This document shows, one piece after another, positions 8,201-20,200 of a DNA stretch of 36,111 bases (position 1 is the first letter of the stretch; every line of letters starts with the position of its first letter). Source of the DNA: Naegleria gruberi (lineage: Eukaryota). The translations under genes were made by a program, and so were the position numbers. The DNA is taken from NCBI GenBank assembly GCA_000004985.1, contig GG738945.1; one strand, 5' to 3'. The notes beneath the pieces were generated by a model. It saw only the letters and a program-made list of their open reading frames with translations, had not been told where the DNA came from and searched no databases.

Positions 8201-11200
8201 NNNNNNNNNNNNNNNNNNNNNNNNNNNNNNNNNNNNNNNNNNNNNNNNNNNNNNNNNNNNNNNNNNNNNNNNNNNNNNNNNNNNNNNNNNNNNNNNNNNN
8301 NNNNNNNNNNNNNNNNNNNNNNNNNNNNNNNNNNNNNNNNNNNNNNNNNNNNNNNNNNNNNNNNNNNNNNNNNNNNNNNNNNNNNNNNNNNNNNNNNNNN
8401 NNNNNNNNNNNNNNNNNNNNNNNNNNNNNNNNNNNNNNNNNNNNNNNNNNNNNNNNNNNNNNNNNNNNNNNNNNNNNNNNNNNNNNNNNNNNNNNNNNNN
8501 NNNNNNNNNNNNNNNNNNNNNNNNNNNNNNNNNNNNNNNNNNNNNNNNNNNNNNNNNNNNNNNNNNNNNNNNNNNNNNNNNNNNNNNNNNNNNNNNNNNN
8601 NNNNNNNNNNNNNNNNNNNNNNNNNNNNNNNNNNNNNNNNNNNNNNNNNNNNNNNNNNNNNNNNNNNNNNNNNNNNNNNNNNNNNNNNNNNNNNNNNNNN
8701 NNNNNNNNNNNNNNNNNNNNNNNNNNNNNNNNNNNNNNNNNNNNNNNNNNNNNNNNNNNNNNNNNNNNNNNNNNNNNNNNNNNNNNNNNNNNNNNNNNNN
8801 NNNNNNNNNNNNNNNNNNNNNNNNNNNNNNNNNNNNNNNNNNNNNNNNNNNNNNNNNNNNNNNNNNNNNNNNNNNNNNNNNNNNNNNNNNNNNNNNNNNN
8901 NNNNNNNNNNNNNNNNNNNNNNNNNNNNNNNNNNNNNNNNNNNNNNNNNNNNNNNNNNNNNNNNNNNNNNNNNNNNNNNNNNNNNNNNNNNNNNNNNNNN
9001 NNNNNNNNNNNNNNNNNNNNNNNNNNNNNNNNNNNNNNNNNNNNNNNNNNNNNNNNNNNNNNNNNNNNNNNNNNNNNNNNNNNNNNNNNNNNNNNNNNNN
9101 NNNNNNNNNNNNNNNNNNNNNNNNNNNNNNNNNNNNNNNNNNNNNNNNNNNNNNNNNNNNNNNNNNNNNNNNNNNNNNNNNNNNNNNNNNNNNNNNNNNN
9201 NNNNNNNNNNNNNNNNNNNNNNNNNNNNNNNNNNNNNNNNNNNNNNNNNNNNNNNNNNNNNNNNNNNNNNNNNNNNNNNNNNNNNNNNNNNNNNNNNNNN
9301 NNNNNNNNNNNNNNNNNNNNNNNNNNNNNNNNNNNNNNNNNNNNNNNNNNNNNNNNNNNNNNNNNNNNNNNNNNNNNNNNNNNNNNNNNNNNNNNNNNNN
9401 NNNNNNNNNNNNNNNNNNNNNNNNNNNNNNNNNNNNNNNNNNNNNNNNNNNNNNNNNNNNNNNNNNNNNNNNNNNNNNNNNNNNNNNNNNNNNNNNNNNN
9501 NNNNNNNNNNNNNNNNNNNNNNNNNNNNNNNNNNNNNNNNNNNNNNNNNNNNNNNNNNNNNNNNNNNNNNNNNNNNNNNNNNNNNNNNNNNNNNNNNNNN
9601 NNNNNNNNNNNNNNNNNNNNNNNNNNNNNNNNNNNNNNNNNNNNNNNNNNNNNNNNNNNNNNNNNNNNNNNNNNNNNNNNNNNNNNNNNNNNNNNNNNNN
9701 NNNNNNNNNNNNNNNNNNNNNNNNNNNNNNNNNNNNNNNNNNNNNNNNNNNNNNNNNNNNNNNNNNNNNNNNNNNNNNNNNNNNNNNNNNNNNNNNNNNN
9801 NNNNNNNNNNNNNNNNNNNNNNNNNNNNNNNNNNNNNNNNNNNNNNNNNNNNNNNNNNNNNNNNNNNNNNNNNNNNNNNNNNNNNNNNNNNNNNNNNNNN
9901 NNNNNNNNNNNNNNNNNNNNNNNNNNNNNNNNNNNNNNNNNNNNNNNNNNNNNNNNNNNNNNNNNNNNNNNNNNNNNNNNNNNNNNNNNNNNNNNNNNNN
10001 NNNNNNNNNNNNNNNNNNNNNNNNNNNNNNNNNNNNNNNNNNNNNNNNNNNNNNNNNNNNNNNNNNNNNNNNNNNNNNNNNNNNNNNNNNNNNNNNNNNN
10101 NNNNNNNNNNNNNNNNNNNNNNNNNNNNNNNNNNNNNNNNNNNNNNNNNNNNNNNNNNNNNNNNNNNNNNNNNNNNNNNNNNNNNNNNNNNNNNNNNNNN
10201 NNNNNNNNNNNNNNNNNNNNNNNNNNNNNNNNNNNNNNNNNNNNNNNNNNNNNNNNNNNNNNNNNNNNNNNNNNNNNNNNNNNNNNNNNNNNNNNNNNNN
10301 NNNNNNNNNNNNNNNNNNNNNNNNNNNNNNNNNNNNNNNNNNNNNNNNNNNNNNNNNNNNNNNNNNNNNNNNNNNNNNNNNNNNNNNNNNNNNNNNNNNN
10401 NNNNNNNNNNNNNNNNNNNNNNNNNNNNNNNNNNNNNNNNNNNNNNNNNNNNNNNNNNNNNNNNNNNNNNNNNNNNNNNNNNNNNNNNNNNNNNNNNNNN
10501 NNNNNNNNNNNNNNNNNNNNNNNNNNNNNNNNNNNNNNNNNNNNNNNNNNNNNNNNNNNNNNNNNNNNNNNNNNNNNNNNNNNNNNNNNNNNNNNNNNNN
10601 NNNNNNNNNNNNNNNNNNNNNNNNNNNNNNNNNNNNNNNNNNNNNNNNNNNNNNNNNNNNNNNNNNNNNNNNNNNNNNNNNNNNNNNNNNNNNNNNNNNN
10701 NNNNNNNNNNNNNNNNNNNNNNNNNNNNNNNNNNNNNNNNNNNNNNNNNNNNNNNNNNNNNNNNNNNNNNNNNNNNNNNNNNNNNNNNNNNNNNNNNNNN
10801 NNNNNNNNNNNNNNNNNNNNNNNNNNNNNNNNNNNNNNNNNNNNNNNNNNNNNNNNNNNNNNNNNNNNNNNNNNNNNNNNNNNNNNNNNNNNNNNNNNNN
10901 NNNNNNNNNNNNNNNNNNNNNNNNNNNNNNNNNNNNNNNNNNNNNNNNNNNNNNNNNNNNNNNNNNNNNNNNNNNNNNNNNNNNNNNNNNNNNNNNNNNN
11001 NNNNNNNNNNNNNNNNNNNNNNNNNNNNNNNNNNNNNNNNNNNNNNNNNNNNNNNNNNNNNNNNNNNNNNNNNNNNNNNNNNNNNNNNNNNNNNNNNNNN
11101 NNNNNNNNNNNNNNNNNNNNNNNNNNNNNNNNNNNNNNNNNNNNNNNNNNNNNNNNNNNNNNNNNNNNNNNNNNNNNNNNNNNNNNNNNNNNNNNNNNNN

Positions 11201-14200
11201 NNNNNNNNNNNNNNNNNNNNNNNNNNNNNNNNNNNNNNNNNNNNNNNNNNNNNNNNNNNNNNNNNNNNNNNNNNNNNNNNNNNNNNNNNNNNNNNNNNNN
11301 NNNNNNNNNNNNNNNNNNNNNNNNNNNNNNNNNNNNNNNNNNNNNNNNNNNNNNNNNNNNNNNNNNNNNNNNNNNNNNNNNNNNNNNNNNNNNNNNNNNN
11401 NNNNNNNNNNNNNNNNNNNNNNNNNNNNNNNNNNNNNNNNNNNNNNNNNNNNNNNNNNNNNNNNNNNNNNNNNNNNNNNNNNNNNNNNNNNNNNNNNNNN
11501 NNNNNNNNNNNNNNNNNNNNNNNNNNNNNNNNNNNNNNNNNNNNNNNNNNNNNNNNNNNNNNNNNNNNNNNNNNNNNNNNNNNNNNNNNNNNNNNNNNNN
11601 NNNNNNNNNNNNNNNNNNNNNNNNNNNNNNNNNNNNNNNNNNNNNNNNNNNNNNNNNNNNNNNNNNNNNNNNNNNNNNNNNNNNNNNNNNNNNNNNNNNN
11701 NNNNNNNNNNNNNNNNNNNNNNNNNNNNNNNNNNNNNNNNNNNNNNNNNNNNNNNNNNNNNNNNNNNNNNNNNNNNNNNNNNNNNNNNNNNNNNNNNNNN
11801 NNNNNNNNNNNNNNNNNNNNNNNNNNNNNNNNNNNNNNNNNNNNNNNNNNNNNNNNNNNNNNNNNNNNNNNNNNNNNNNNNNNNNNNNNNNNNNNNNNNN
11901 NNNNNNNNNNNNNNNNNNNNNNNNNNNNNNNNNNNNNNNNNNNNNNNNNNNNNNNNNNNNNNNNNNNNNNNNNNNNNNNNNNNNNNNNNNNNNNNNNNNN
12001 NNNNNNNNNNNNNNNNNNNNNNNNNNNNNNNNNNNNNNNNNNNNNNNNNNNNNNNNNNNNNNNNNNNNNNNNNNNNNNNNNNNNNNNNNNNNNNNNNNNN
12101 NNNNNNNNNNNNNNNNNNNNNNNNNNNNNNNNNNNNNNNNNNNNNNNNNNNNNNNNNNNNNNNNNNNNNNNNNNNNNNNNNNNNNNNNNNNNNNNNNNNN
12201 NNNNNNNNNNNNNNNNNNNNNNNNNNNNNNNNNNNNNNNNNNNNNNNNNNNNNNNNNNNNNNNNNNNNNNNNNNNNNNNNNNNNNNNNNNNNNNNNNNNN
12301 NNNNNNNNNNNNNNNNNNNNNNNNNNNNNNNNNNNNNNNNNNNNNNNNNNNNNNNNNNNNNNNNNNNNNNNNNNNNNNNNNNNNNNNNNNNNNNNNNNNN
12401 NNNNNNNNNNNNNNNNNNNNNNNNNNNNNNNNNNNNNNNNNNNNNNNNNNNNNNNNNNNNNNNNNNNNNNNNNNNNNNNNNNNNNNNNNNNNNNNNNNNN
12501 NNNNNNNNNNNNNNNNNNNNNNNNNNNNNNNNNNNNNNNNNNNNNNNNNNNNNNNNNNNNNNNNNNNNNNNNNNNNNNNNNNNNNNNNNNNNNNNNNNNN
12601 NNNNNNNNNNNNNNNNNNNNNNNNNNNNNNNNNNNNNNNNNNNNNNNNNNNNNNNNNNNNNNNNNNNNNNNNNNNNNNNNNNNNNNNNNNNNNNNNNNNN
12701 NNNNNNNNNNNNNNNNNNNNNNNNNNNNNNNNNNNNNNNNNNNNNNNNNNNNNNNNNNNNNNNNNNNNNNNNNNNNNNNNNNNNNNNNNNNNNNNNNNNN
12801 NNNNNNNNNNNNNNNNNNNNNNNNNNNNNNNNNNNNNNNNNNNNNNNNNNNNNNNNNNNNNNNNNNNNNNNNNNNNNNNNNNNNNNNNNNNNNNNNNNNN
12901 NNNNNNNNNNNNNNNNNNNNNNNNNNNNNNNNNNNNNNNNNNNNNNNNNNNNNNNNNNNNNNNNNNNNNNNNNNNNNNNNNNNNNNNNNNNNNNNNNNNN
13001 NNNNNNNNNNNNNNNNNNNNNNNNNNNNNNNNNNNNNNNNNNNNNNNNNNNNNNNNNNNNNNNNNNNNNNNNNNNNNNNNNNNNNNNNNNNNNNNNNNNN
13101 NNNNNNNNNNNNNNNNNNNNNNNNNNNNNNNNNNNNNNNNNNNNNNNNNNNNNNNNNNNNNNNNNNNNNNNNNNNNNNNNNNNNNNNNNNNNNNNNNNNN
13201 NNNNNNNNNNNNNNNNNNNNNNNNNNNNNNNNNNNNNNNNNNNNNNNNNNNNNNNNNNNNNNNNNNNNNNNNNNNNNNNNNNNNNNNNNNNNNNNNNNNN
13301 NNNNNNNNNNNNNNNNNNNNNNNNNNNNNNNNNNNNNNNNNNNNNNNNNNNNNNNNNNNNNNNNNNNNNNNNNNNNNNNNNNNNNNNNNNNNNNNNNNNN
13401 NNNNNNNNNNNNNNNNNNNNNNNNNNNNNNNNNNNNNNNNNNNNNNNNNNNNNNNNNNNNNNNNNNNNNNNNNNNNNNNNNNNNNNNNNNNNNNNNNNNN
13501 NNNNNNNNNNNNNNNNNNNNNNNNNNNNNNNNNNNNNNNNNNNNNNNNNNNNNNNNNNNNNNNNNNNNNNNNNNNNNNNNNNNNNNNNNNNNNNNNNNNN
13601 NNNNNNNNNNNNNNNNNNNNNNNNNNNNNNNNNNNNNNNNNNNNNNNNNNNNNNNNNNNNNNNNNNNNNNNNNNNNNNNNNNNNNNNNNNNNNNNNNNNN
13701 NNNNNNNNNNNNNNNNNNNNNNNNNNNNNNNNNNNNNNNNNNNNNNNNNNNNNNNNNNNNNNNNNNNNNNNNNNNNNNNNNNNNNNNNNNNNNNNNNNNN
13801 NNNNNNNNNNNNNNNNNNNNNNNNNNNNNNNNNNNNNNNNNNNNNNNNNNNNNNNNNNNNNNNNNNNNNNNNNNNNNNNNNNNNNNNNNNNNNNNNNNNN
13901 NNNNNNNNNNNNNNNNNNNNNNNNNNNNNNNNNNNNNNNNNNNNNNNNNNNNNNNNNNNNNNNNNNNNNNNNNNNNNNNNNNNNNNNNNNNNNNNNNNNN
14001 NNNNNNNNNNNNNNNNNNNNNNNNNNNNNNNNNNNNNNNNNNNNNNNNNNNNNNNNNNNNNNNNNNNNNNNNNNNNNNNNNNNNNNNNNNNNNNNNNNNN
14101 NNNNNNNNNNNNNNNNNNNNNNNNNNNNNNNNNNNNNNNNNNNNNNNNNNNNNNNNNNNNNNNNNNNNNNNNNNNNNNNNNNNNNNNNNNNNNNNNNNNN

Positions 14201-17200
14201 NNNNNNNNNNNNNNNNNNNNNNNNNNNNNNNNNNNNNNNNNNNNNNNNNNNNNNNNNNNNNNNNNNNNNNNNNNNNNNNNNNNNNNNNNNNNNNNNNNNN
14301 NNNNNNNNNNNNNNNNNNNNNNNNNNNNNNNNNNNNNNNNNNNNNNNNNNNNNNNNNNNNNNNNNNNNNNNNNNNNNNNNNNNNNNNNNNNNNNNNNNNN
14401 NNNNNNNNNNNNNNNNNNNNNNNNNNNNNNNNNNNNNNNNNNNNNNNNNNNNNNNNNNNNNNNNNNNNNNNNNNNNNNNNNNNNNNNNNNNNNNNNNNNN
14501 NNNNNNNNNNNNNNNNNNNNNNNNNNNNNNNNNNNNNNNNNNNNNNNNNNNNNNNNNNNNNNNNNNNNNNNNNNNNNNNNNNNNNNNNNNNNNNNNNNNN
14601 NNNNNNNNNNNNNNNNNNNNNNNNNNNNNNNNNNNNNNNNNNNNNNNNNNNNNNNNNNNNNNNNNNNNNNNNNNNNNNNNNNNNNNNNNNNNNNNNNNNN
14701 NNNNNNNNNNNNNNNNNNNNNNNNNNNNNNNNNNNNNNNNNNNNNNNNNNNNNNNNNNNNNNNNNNNNNNNNNNNNNNNNNNNNNNNNNNNNNNNNNNNN
14801 NNNNNNNNNNNNNNNNNNNNNNNNNNNNNNNNNNNNNNNNNNNNNNNNNNNNNNNNNNNNNNNNNNNNNNNNNNNNNNNNNNNNNNNNNNNNNNNNNNNN
14901 NNNNNNNNNNNNNNNNNNNNNNNNNNNNNNNNNNNNNNNNNNNNNNNNNNNNNNNNNNNNNNNNNNNNNNNNNNNNNNNNNNNNNNNNNNNNNNNNNNNN
15001 NNNNNNNNNNNNNNNNNNNNNNNNNNNNNNNNNNNNNNNNNNNNNNNNNNNNNNNNNNNNNNNNNNNNNNNNNNNNNNNNNNNNNNNNNNNNNNNNNNNN
15101 NNNNNNNNNNNNNNNNNNNNNNNNNNNNNNNNNNNNNNNNNNNNNNNNNNNNNNNNNNNNNNNNNNNNNNNNNNNNNNNNNNNNNNNNNNNNNNNNNNNN
15201 NNNNNNNNNNNNNNNNNNNNNNNNNNNNNNNNNNNNNNNNNNNNNNNNNNNNNNNNNNNNNNNNNNNNNNNNNNNNNNNNNNNNNNNNNNNNNNNNNNNN
15301 NNNNNNNNNNNNNNNNNNNNNNNNNNNNNNNNNNNNNNNNNNNNNNNNNNNNNNNNNNNNNNNNNNNNNNNNNNNNNNNNNNNNNNNNNNNNNNNNNNNN
15401 NNNNNNNNNNNNNNNNNNNNNNNNNNNNNNNNNNNNNNNNNNNNNNNNNNNNNNNNNNNNNNNNNNNNNNNNNNNNNNNNNNNNNNNNNNNNNNNNNNNN
15501 NNNNNNNNNNNNNNNNNNNNNNNNNNNNNNNNNNNNNNNNNNNNNNNNNNNNNNNNNNNNNNNNNNNNNNNNNNNNNNNNNNNNNNNNNNNNNNNNNNNN
15601 NNNNNNNNNNNNNNNNNNNNNNNNNNNNNNNNNNNNNNNNNNNNNNNNNNNNNNNNNNNNNNNNNNNNNNNNNNNNNNNNNNNNNNNNNNNNNNNNNNNN
15701 NNNNNNNNNNNNNNNNNNNNNNNNNNNNNNNNNNNNNNNNNNNNNNNNNNNNNNNNNNNNNNNNNNNNNNNNNNNNNNNNNNNNNNNNNNNNNNNNNNNN
15801 NNNNNNNNNNNNNNNNNNNNNNNNNNNNNNNNNNNNNNNNNNNNNNNNNNNNNNNNNNNNNNNNNNNNNNNNNNNNNNNNNNNNNNNNNNNNNNNNNNNN
15901 NNNNNNNNNNNNNNNNNNNNNNNNNNNNNNNNNNNNNNNNNNNNNNNNNNNNNNNNNNNNNNNNNNNNNNNNNNNNNNNNNNNNNNNNNNNNNNNNNNNN
16001 NNNNNNNNNNNNNNNNNNNNNNNNNNNNNNNNNNNNNNNNNNNNNNNNNNNNNNNNNNNNNNNNNNNNNNNNNNNNNNNNNNNNNNNNNNNNNNNNNNNN
16101 NNNNNNNNNNNNNNNNNNNNNNNNNNNNNNNNNNNNNNNNNNNNNNNNNNNNNNNNNNNNNNNNNNNNNNNNNNNNNNNNNNNNNNNNNNNNNNNNNNNN
16201 NNNNNNNNNNNNNNNNNNNNNNNNNNNNNNNNNNNNNNNNNNNNNNNNNNNNNNNNNNNNNNNNNNNNNNNNNNNNNNNNNNNNNNNNNNNNNNNNNNNN
16301 NNNNNNNNNNNNNNNNNNNNNNNNNNNNNNNNNNNNNNNNNNNNNNNNNNNNNNNNNNNNNNNNNNNNNNNNNNNNNNNNNNNNNNNNNNNNNNNNNNNN
16401 NNNNNNNNNNNNNNNNNNNNNNNNNNNNNNNNNNNNNNNNNNNNNNNNNNNNNNNNNNNNNNNNNNNNNNNNNNNNNNNNNNNNNNNNNNNNNNNNNNNN
16501 NNNNNNNNNNNNNNNNNNNNNNNNNNNNNNNNNNNNNNNNNNNNNNNNNNNNNNNNNNNNNNNNNNNNNNNNNNNNNNNNNNNNNNNNNNNNNNNNNNNN
16601 NNNNNNNNNNNNNNNNNNNNNNNNNNNNNNNNNNNNNNNNNNNNNNNNNNNNNNNNNNNNNNNNNNNNNNNNNNNNNNNNNNNNNNNNNNNNNNNNNNNN
16701 NNNNNNNNNNNNNNNNNNNNNNNNNNNNNNNNNNNNNNNNNNNNNNNNNNNNNNNNNNNNNNNNNNNNNNNNNNNNNNNNNNNNNNNNNNNNNNNNNNNN
16801 NNNNNNNNNNNNNNNNNNNNNNNNNNNNNNNNNNNNNNNNNNNNNNNNNNNNNNNNNNNNNNNNNNNNNNNNNNNNNNNNNNNNNNNNNNNNNNNNNNNN
16901 NNNNNNNNNNNNNNNNNNNNNNNNNNNNNNNNNNNNNNNNNNNNNNNNNNNNNNNNNNNNNNNNNNNNNNNNNNNNNNNNNNNNNNNNNNNNNNNNNNNN
17001 NNNNNNNNNNNNNNNNNNNNNNNNNNNNNNNNNNNNNNNNNNNNNNNNNNNNNNNNNNNNNNNNNNNNNNNNNNNNNNNNNNNNNNNNNNNNNNNNNNNN
17101 NNNNNNNNNNNNNNNNNNNNNNNNNNNNNNNNNNNNNNNNNNNNNNNNNNNNNNNNNNNNNNNNNNNNNNNNNNNNNNNNNNNNNNNNNNNNNNNNNNNN

Positions 17201-20200
17201 NNNNNNNNNNNNNNNNNNNNNNNNNNNNNNNNNNNNNNNNNNNNNNNNNNNNNNNNNNNNNNNNNNNNNNNNNNNNNNNNNNNNNNNNNNNNNNNNNNNN
17301 NNNNNNNNNNNNNNNNNNNNNNNNNNNNNNNNNNNNNNNNNNNNNNNNNNNNNNNNNNNNNNNNNNNNNNNNNNNNNNNNNNNNNNNNNNNNNNNNNNNN
17401 NNNNNNNNNNNNNNNNNNNNNNNNNNNNNNNNNNNNNNNNNNNNNNNNNNNNNNNNNNNNNNNNNNNNNNNNNNNNNNNNNNNNNNNNNNNNNNNNNNNN
17501 NNNNNNNNNNNNNNNNNNNNNNNNNNNNNNNNNNNNNNNNNNNNNNNNNNNNNNNNNNNNNNNNNNNNNNNNNNNNNNNNNNNNNNNNNNNNNNNNNNNN
17601 NNNNNNNNNNNNNNNNNNNNNNNNNNNNNNNNNNNNNNNNNNNNNNNNNNNNNNNNNNNNNNNNNNNNNNNNNNNNNNNNNNNNNNNNNNNNNNNNNNNN
17701 NNNNNNNNNNNNNNNNNNNNNNNNNNNNNNNNNNNNNNNNNNNNNNNNNNNNNNNNNNNNNNNNNNNNNNNNNNNNNNNNNNNNNNNNNNNNNNNNNNNN
17801 NNNNNNNNNNNNNNNNNNNNNNNNNNNNNNNNNNNNNNNNNNNNNNNNNNNNNNNNNNNNNNNNNNNNNNNNNNNNNNNNNNNNNNNNNNNNNNNNNNNN
17901 NNNNNNNNNNNNNNNNNNNNNNNNNNNNNNNNNNNNNNNNNNNNNNNNNNNNNNNNNNNNNNNNNNNNNNNNNNNNNNNNNNNNNNNNNNNNNNNNNNNN
18001 NNNNNNNNNNNNNNNNNNNNNNNNNNNNNNNNNNNNNNNNNNNNNNNNNNNNNNNNNNNNNNNNNNNNNNNNNNNNNNNNNNNNNNNNNNNNNNNNNNNN
18101 NNNNNNNNNNNNNNNNNNNNNNNNNNNNNNNNNNNNNNNNNNNNNNNNNNNNNNNNNNNNNNNNNNNNNNNNNNNNNNNNNNNNNNNNNNNNNNNNNNNN
18201 NNNNNNNNNNNNNNNNNNNNNNNNNNNNNNNNNNNNNNNNNNNNNNNNNNNNNNNNNNNNNNNNNNNNNNNNNNNNNNNNNNNNNNNNNNNNNNNNNNNN
18301 NNNNNNNNNNNNNNNNNNNNNNNNNNNNNNNNNNNNNNNNNNNNNNNNNNNNNNNNNNNNNNNNNNNNNNNNNNNNNNNNNNNNNNNNNNNNNNNNNNNN
18401 NNNNNNNNNNNNNNNNNNNNNNNNNNNNNNNNNNNNNNNNNNNNNNNNNNNNNNNNNNNNNNNNNNNNNNNNNNNNNNNNNNNNNNNNNNNNNNNNNNNN
18501 NNNNNNNNNNNNNNNNNNNNNNNNNNNNNNNNNNNNNNNNNNNNNNNNNNNNNNNNNNNNNNNNNNNNNNNNNNNNNNNNNNNNNNNNNNNNNNNNNNNN
18601 NNNNNNNNNNNNNNNNNNNNNNNNNNNNNNNNNNNNNNNNNNNNNNNNNNNNNNNNNNNNNNNNNNNNNNNNNNNNNNNNNNNNNNNNNNNNNNNNNNNN
18701 NNNNNNNNNNNNNNNNNNNNNNNNNNNNNNNNNNNNNNNNNNNNNNNNNNNNNNNNNNNNNNNNNNNNNNNNNNNNNNNNNNNNNNNNNNNNNNNNNNNN
18801 NNNNNNNNNNNNNNNNNNNNNNNNNNNNNNNNNNNNNNNNNNNNNNNNNNNNNNNNNNNNNNNNNNNNNNNNNNNNNNNNNNNNNNNNNNNNNNNNNNNN
18901 NNNNNNNNNNNNNNNNNNNNNNNNNNNNNNNNNNNNNNNNNNNNNNNNNNNNNNNNNNNNNNNNNNNNNNNNNNNNNNNNNNNNNNNNNNNNNNNNNNNN
19001 NNNNNNNNNNNNNNNNNNNNNNNNNNNNNNNNNNNNNNNNNNNNNNNNNNNNNNNNNNNNNNNNNNNNNNNNNNNNNNNNNNNNNNNNNNNNNNNNNNNN
19101 NNNNNNNNNNNNNNNNNNNNNNNNNNNNNNNNNNNNNNNNNNNNNNNNNNNNNNNNNNNNNNNNNNNNNNNNNNNNNNNNNNNNNNNNNNNNNNNNNNNN
19201 NNNNNNNNNNNNNNNNNNNNNNNNNNNNNNNNNNNNNNNNNNNNNNNNNNNNNNNNNNNNNNNNNNNNNNNNNNNNNNNNNNNNNNNNNNNNNNNNNNNN
19301 NNNNNNNNNNNNNNNNNNNNNNNNNNNNNNNNNNNNNNNNNNNNNNNNNNNNNNNNNNNNNNNNNNNNNNNNNNNNNNNNNNNNNNNNNNNNNNNNNNNN
19401 NNNNNNNNNNNNNNNNNNNNNNNNNNNNNNNNNNNNNNNNNNNNNNNNNNNNNNNNNNNNNNNNNNNNNNNNNNNNNNNNNNNNNNNNNNNNNNNNNNNN
19501 NNNNNNNNNNNNNNNNNNNNNNNNNNNNNNNNNNNNNNNNNNNNNNNNNNNNNNNNNNNNNNNNNNNNNNNNNNNNNNNNNNNNNNNNNNNNNNNNNNNN
19601 NNNNNNNNNNNNNNNNNNNNNNNNNNNNNNNNNNNNNNNNNNNNNNNNNNNNNNNNNNNNNNNNNNNNNNNNNNNNNNNNNNNNNNNNNNNNNNNNNNNN
19701 NNNNNNNNNNNNNNNNNNNNNNNNNNNNNNNNNNNNNNNNNNNNNNNNNNNNNNNNNNNNNNNNNNNNNNNNNNNNNNNNNNNNNNNNNNNNNNNNNNNN
19801 NNNNNNNNNNNNNNNNNNNNNNNNNNNNNNNNNNNNNNNNNNNNNNNNNNNNNNNNNNNNNNNNNNNNNNNNNNNNNNNNNNNNNNNNNNNNNNNNNNNN
19901 NNNNNNNNNNNNNNNNNNNNNNNNNNNNNNNNNNNNNNNNNNNNNNNNNNNNNNNNNNNNNNNNNNNNNNNNNNNNNNNNNNNNNNNNNNNNNNNNNNNN
20001 NNNNNNNNNNNNNNNNNNNNNNNNNNNNNNNNNNNNNNNNNNNNNNNNNNNNNNNNNNNNNNNNNNNNNNNNNNNNNNNNNNNNNNNNNNNNNNNNNNNN
20101 NNNNNNNNNNNNNNNNNNNNNNNNNNNNNNNNNNNNNNNNNNNNNNNNNNNNNNNNNNNNNNNNNNNNNNNNNNNNNNNNNNNNNNNNNNNNNNNNNNNN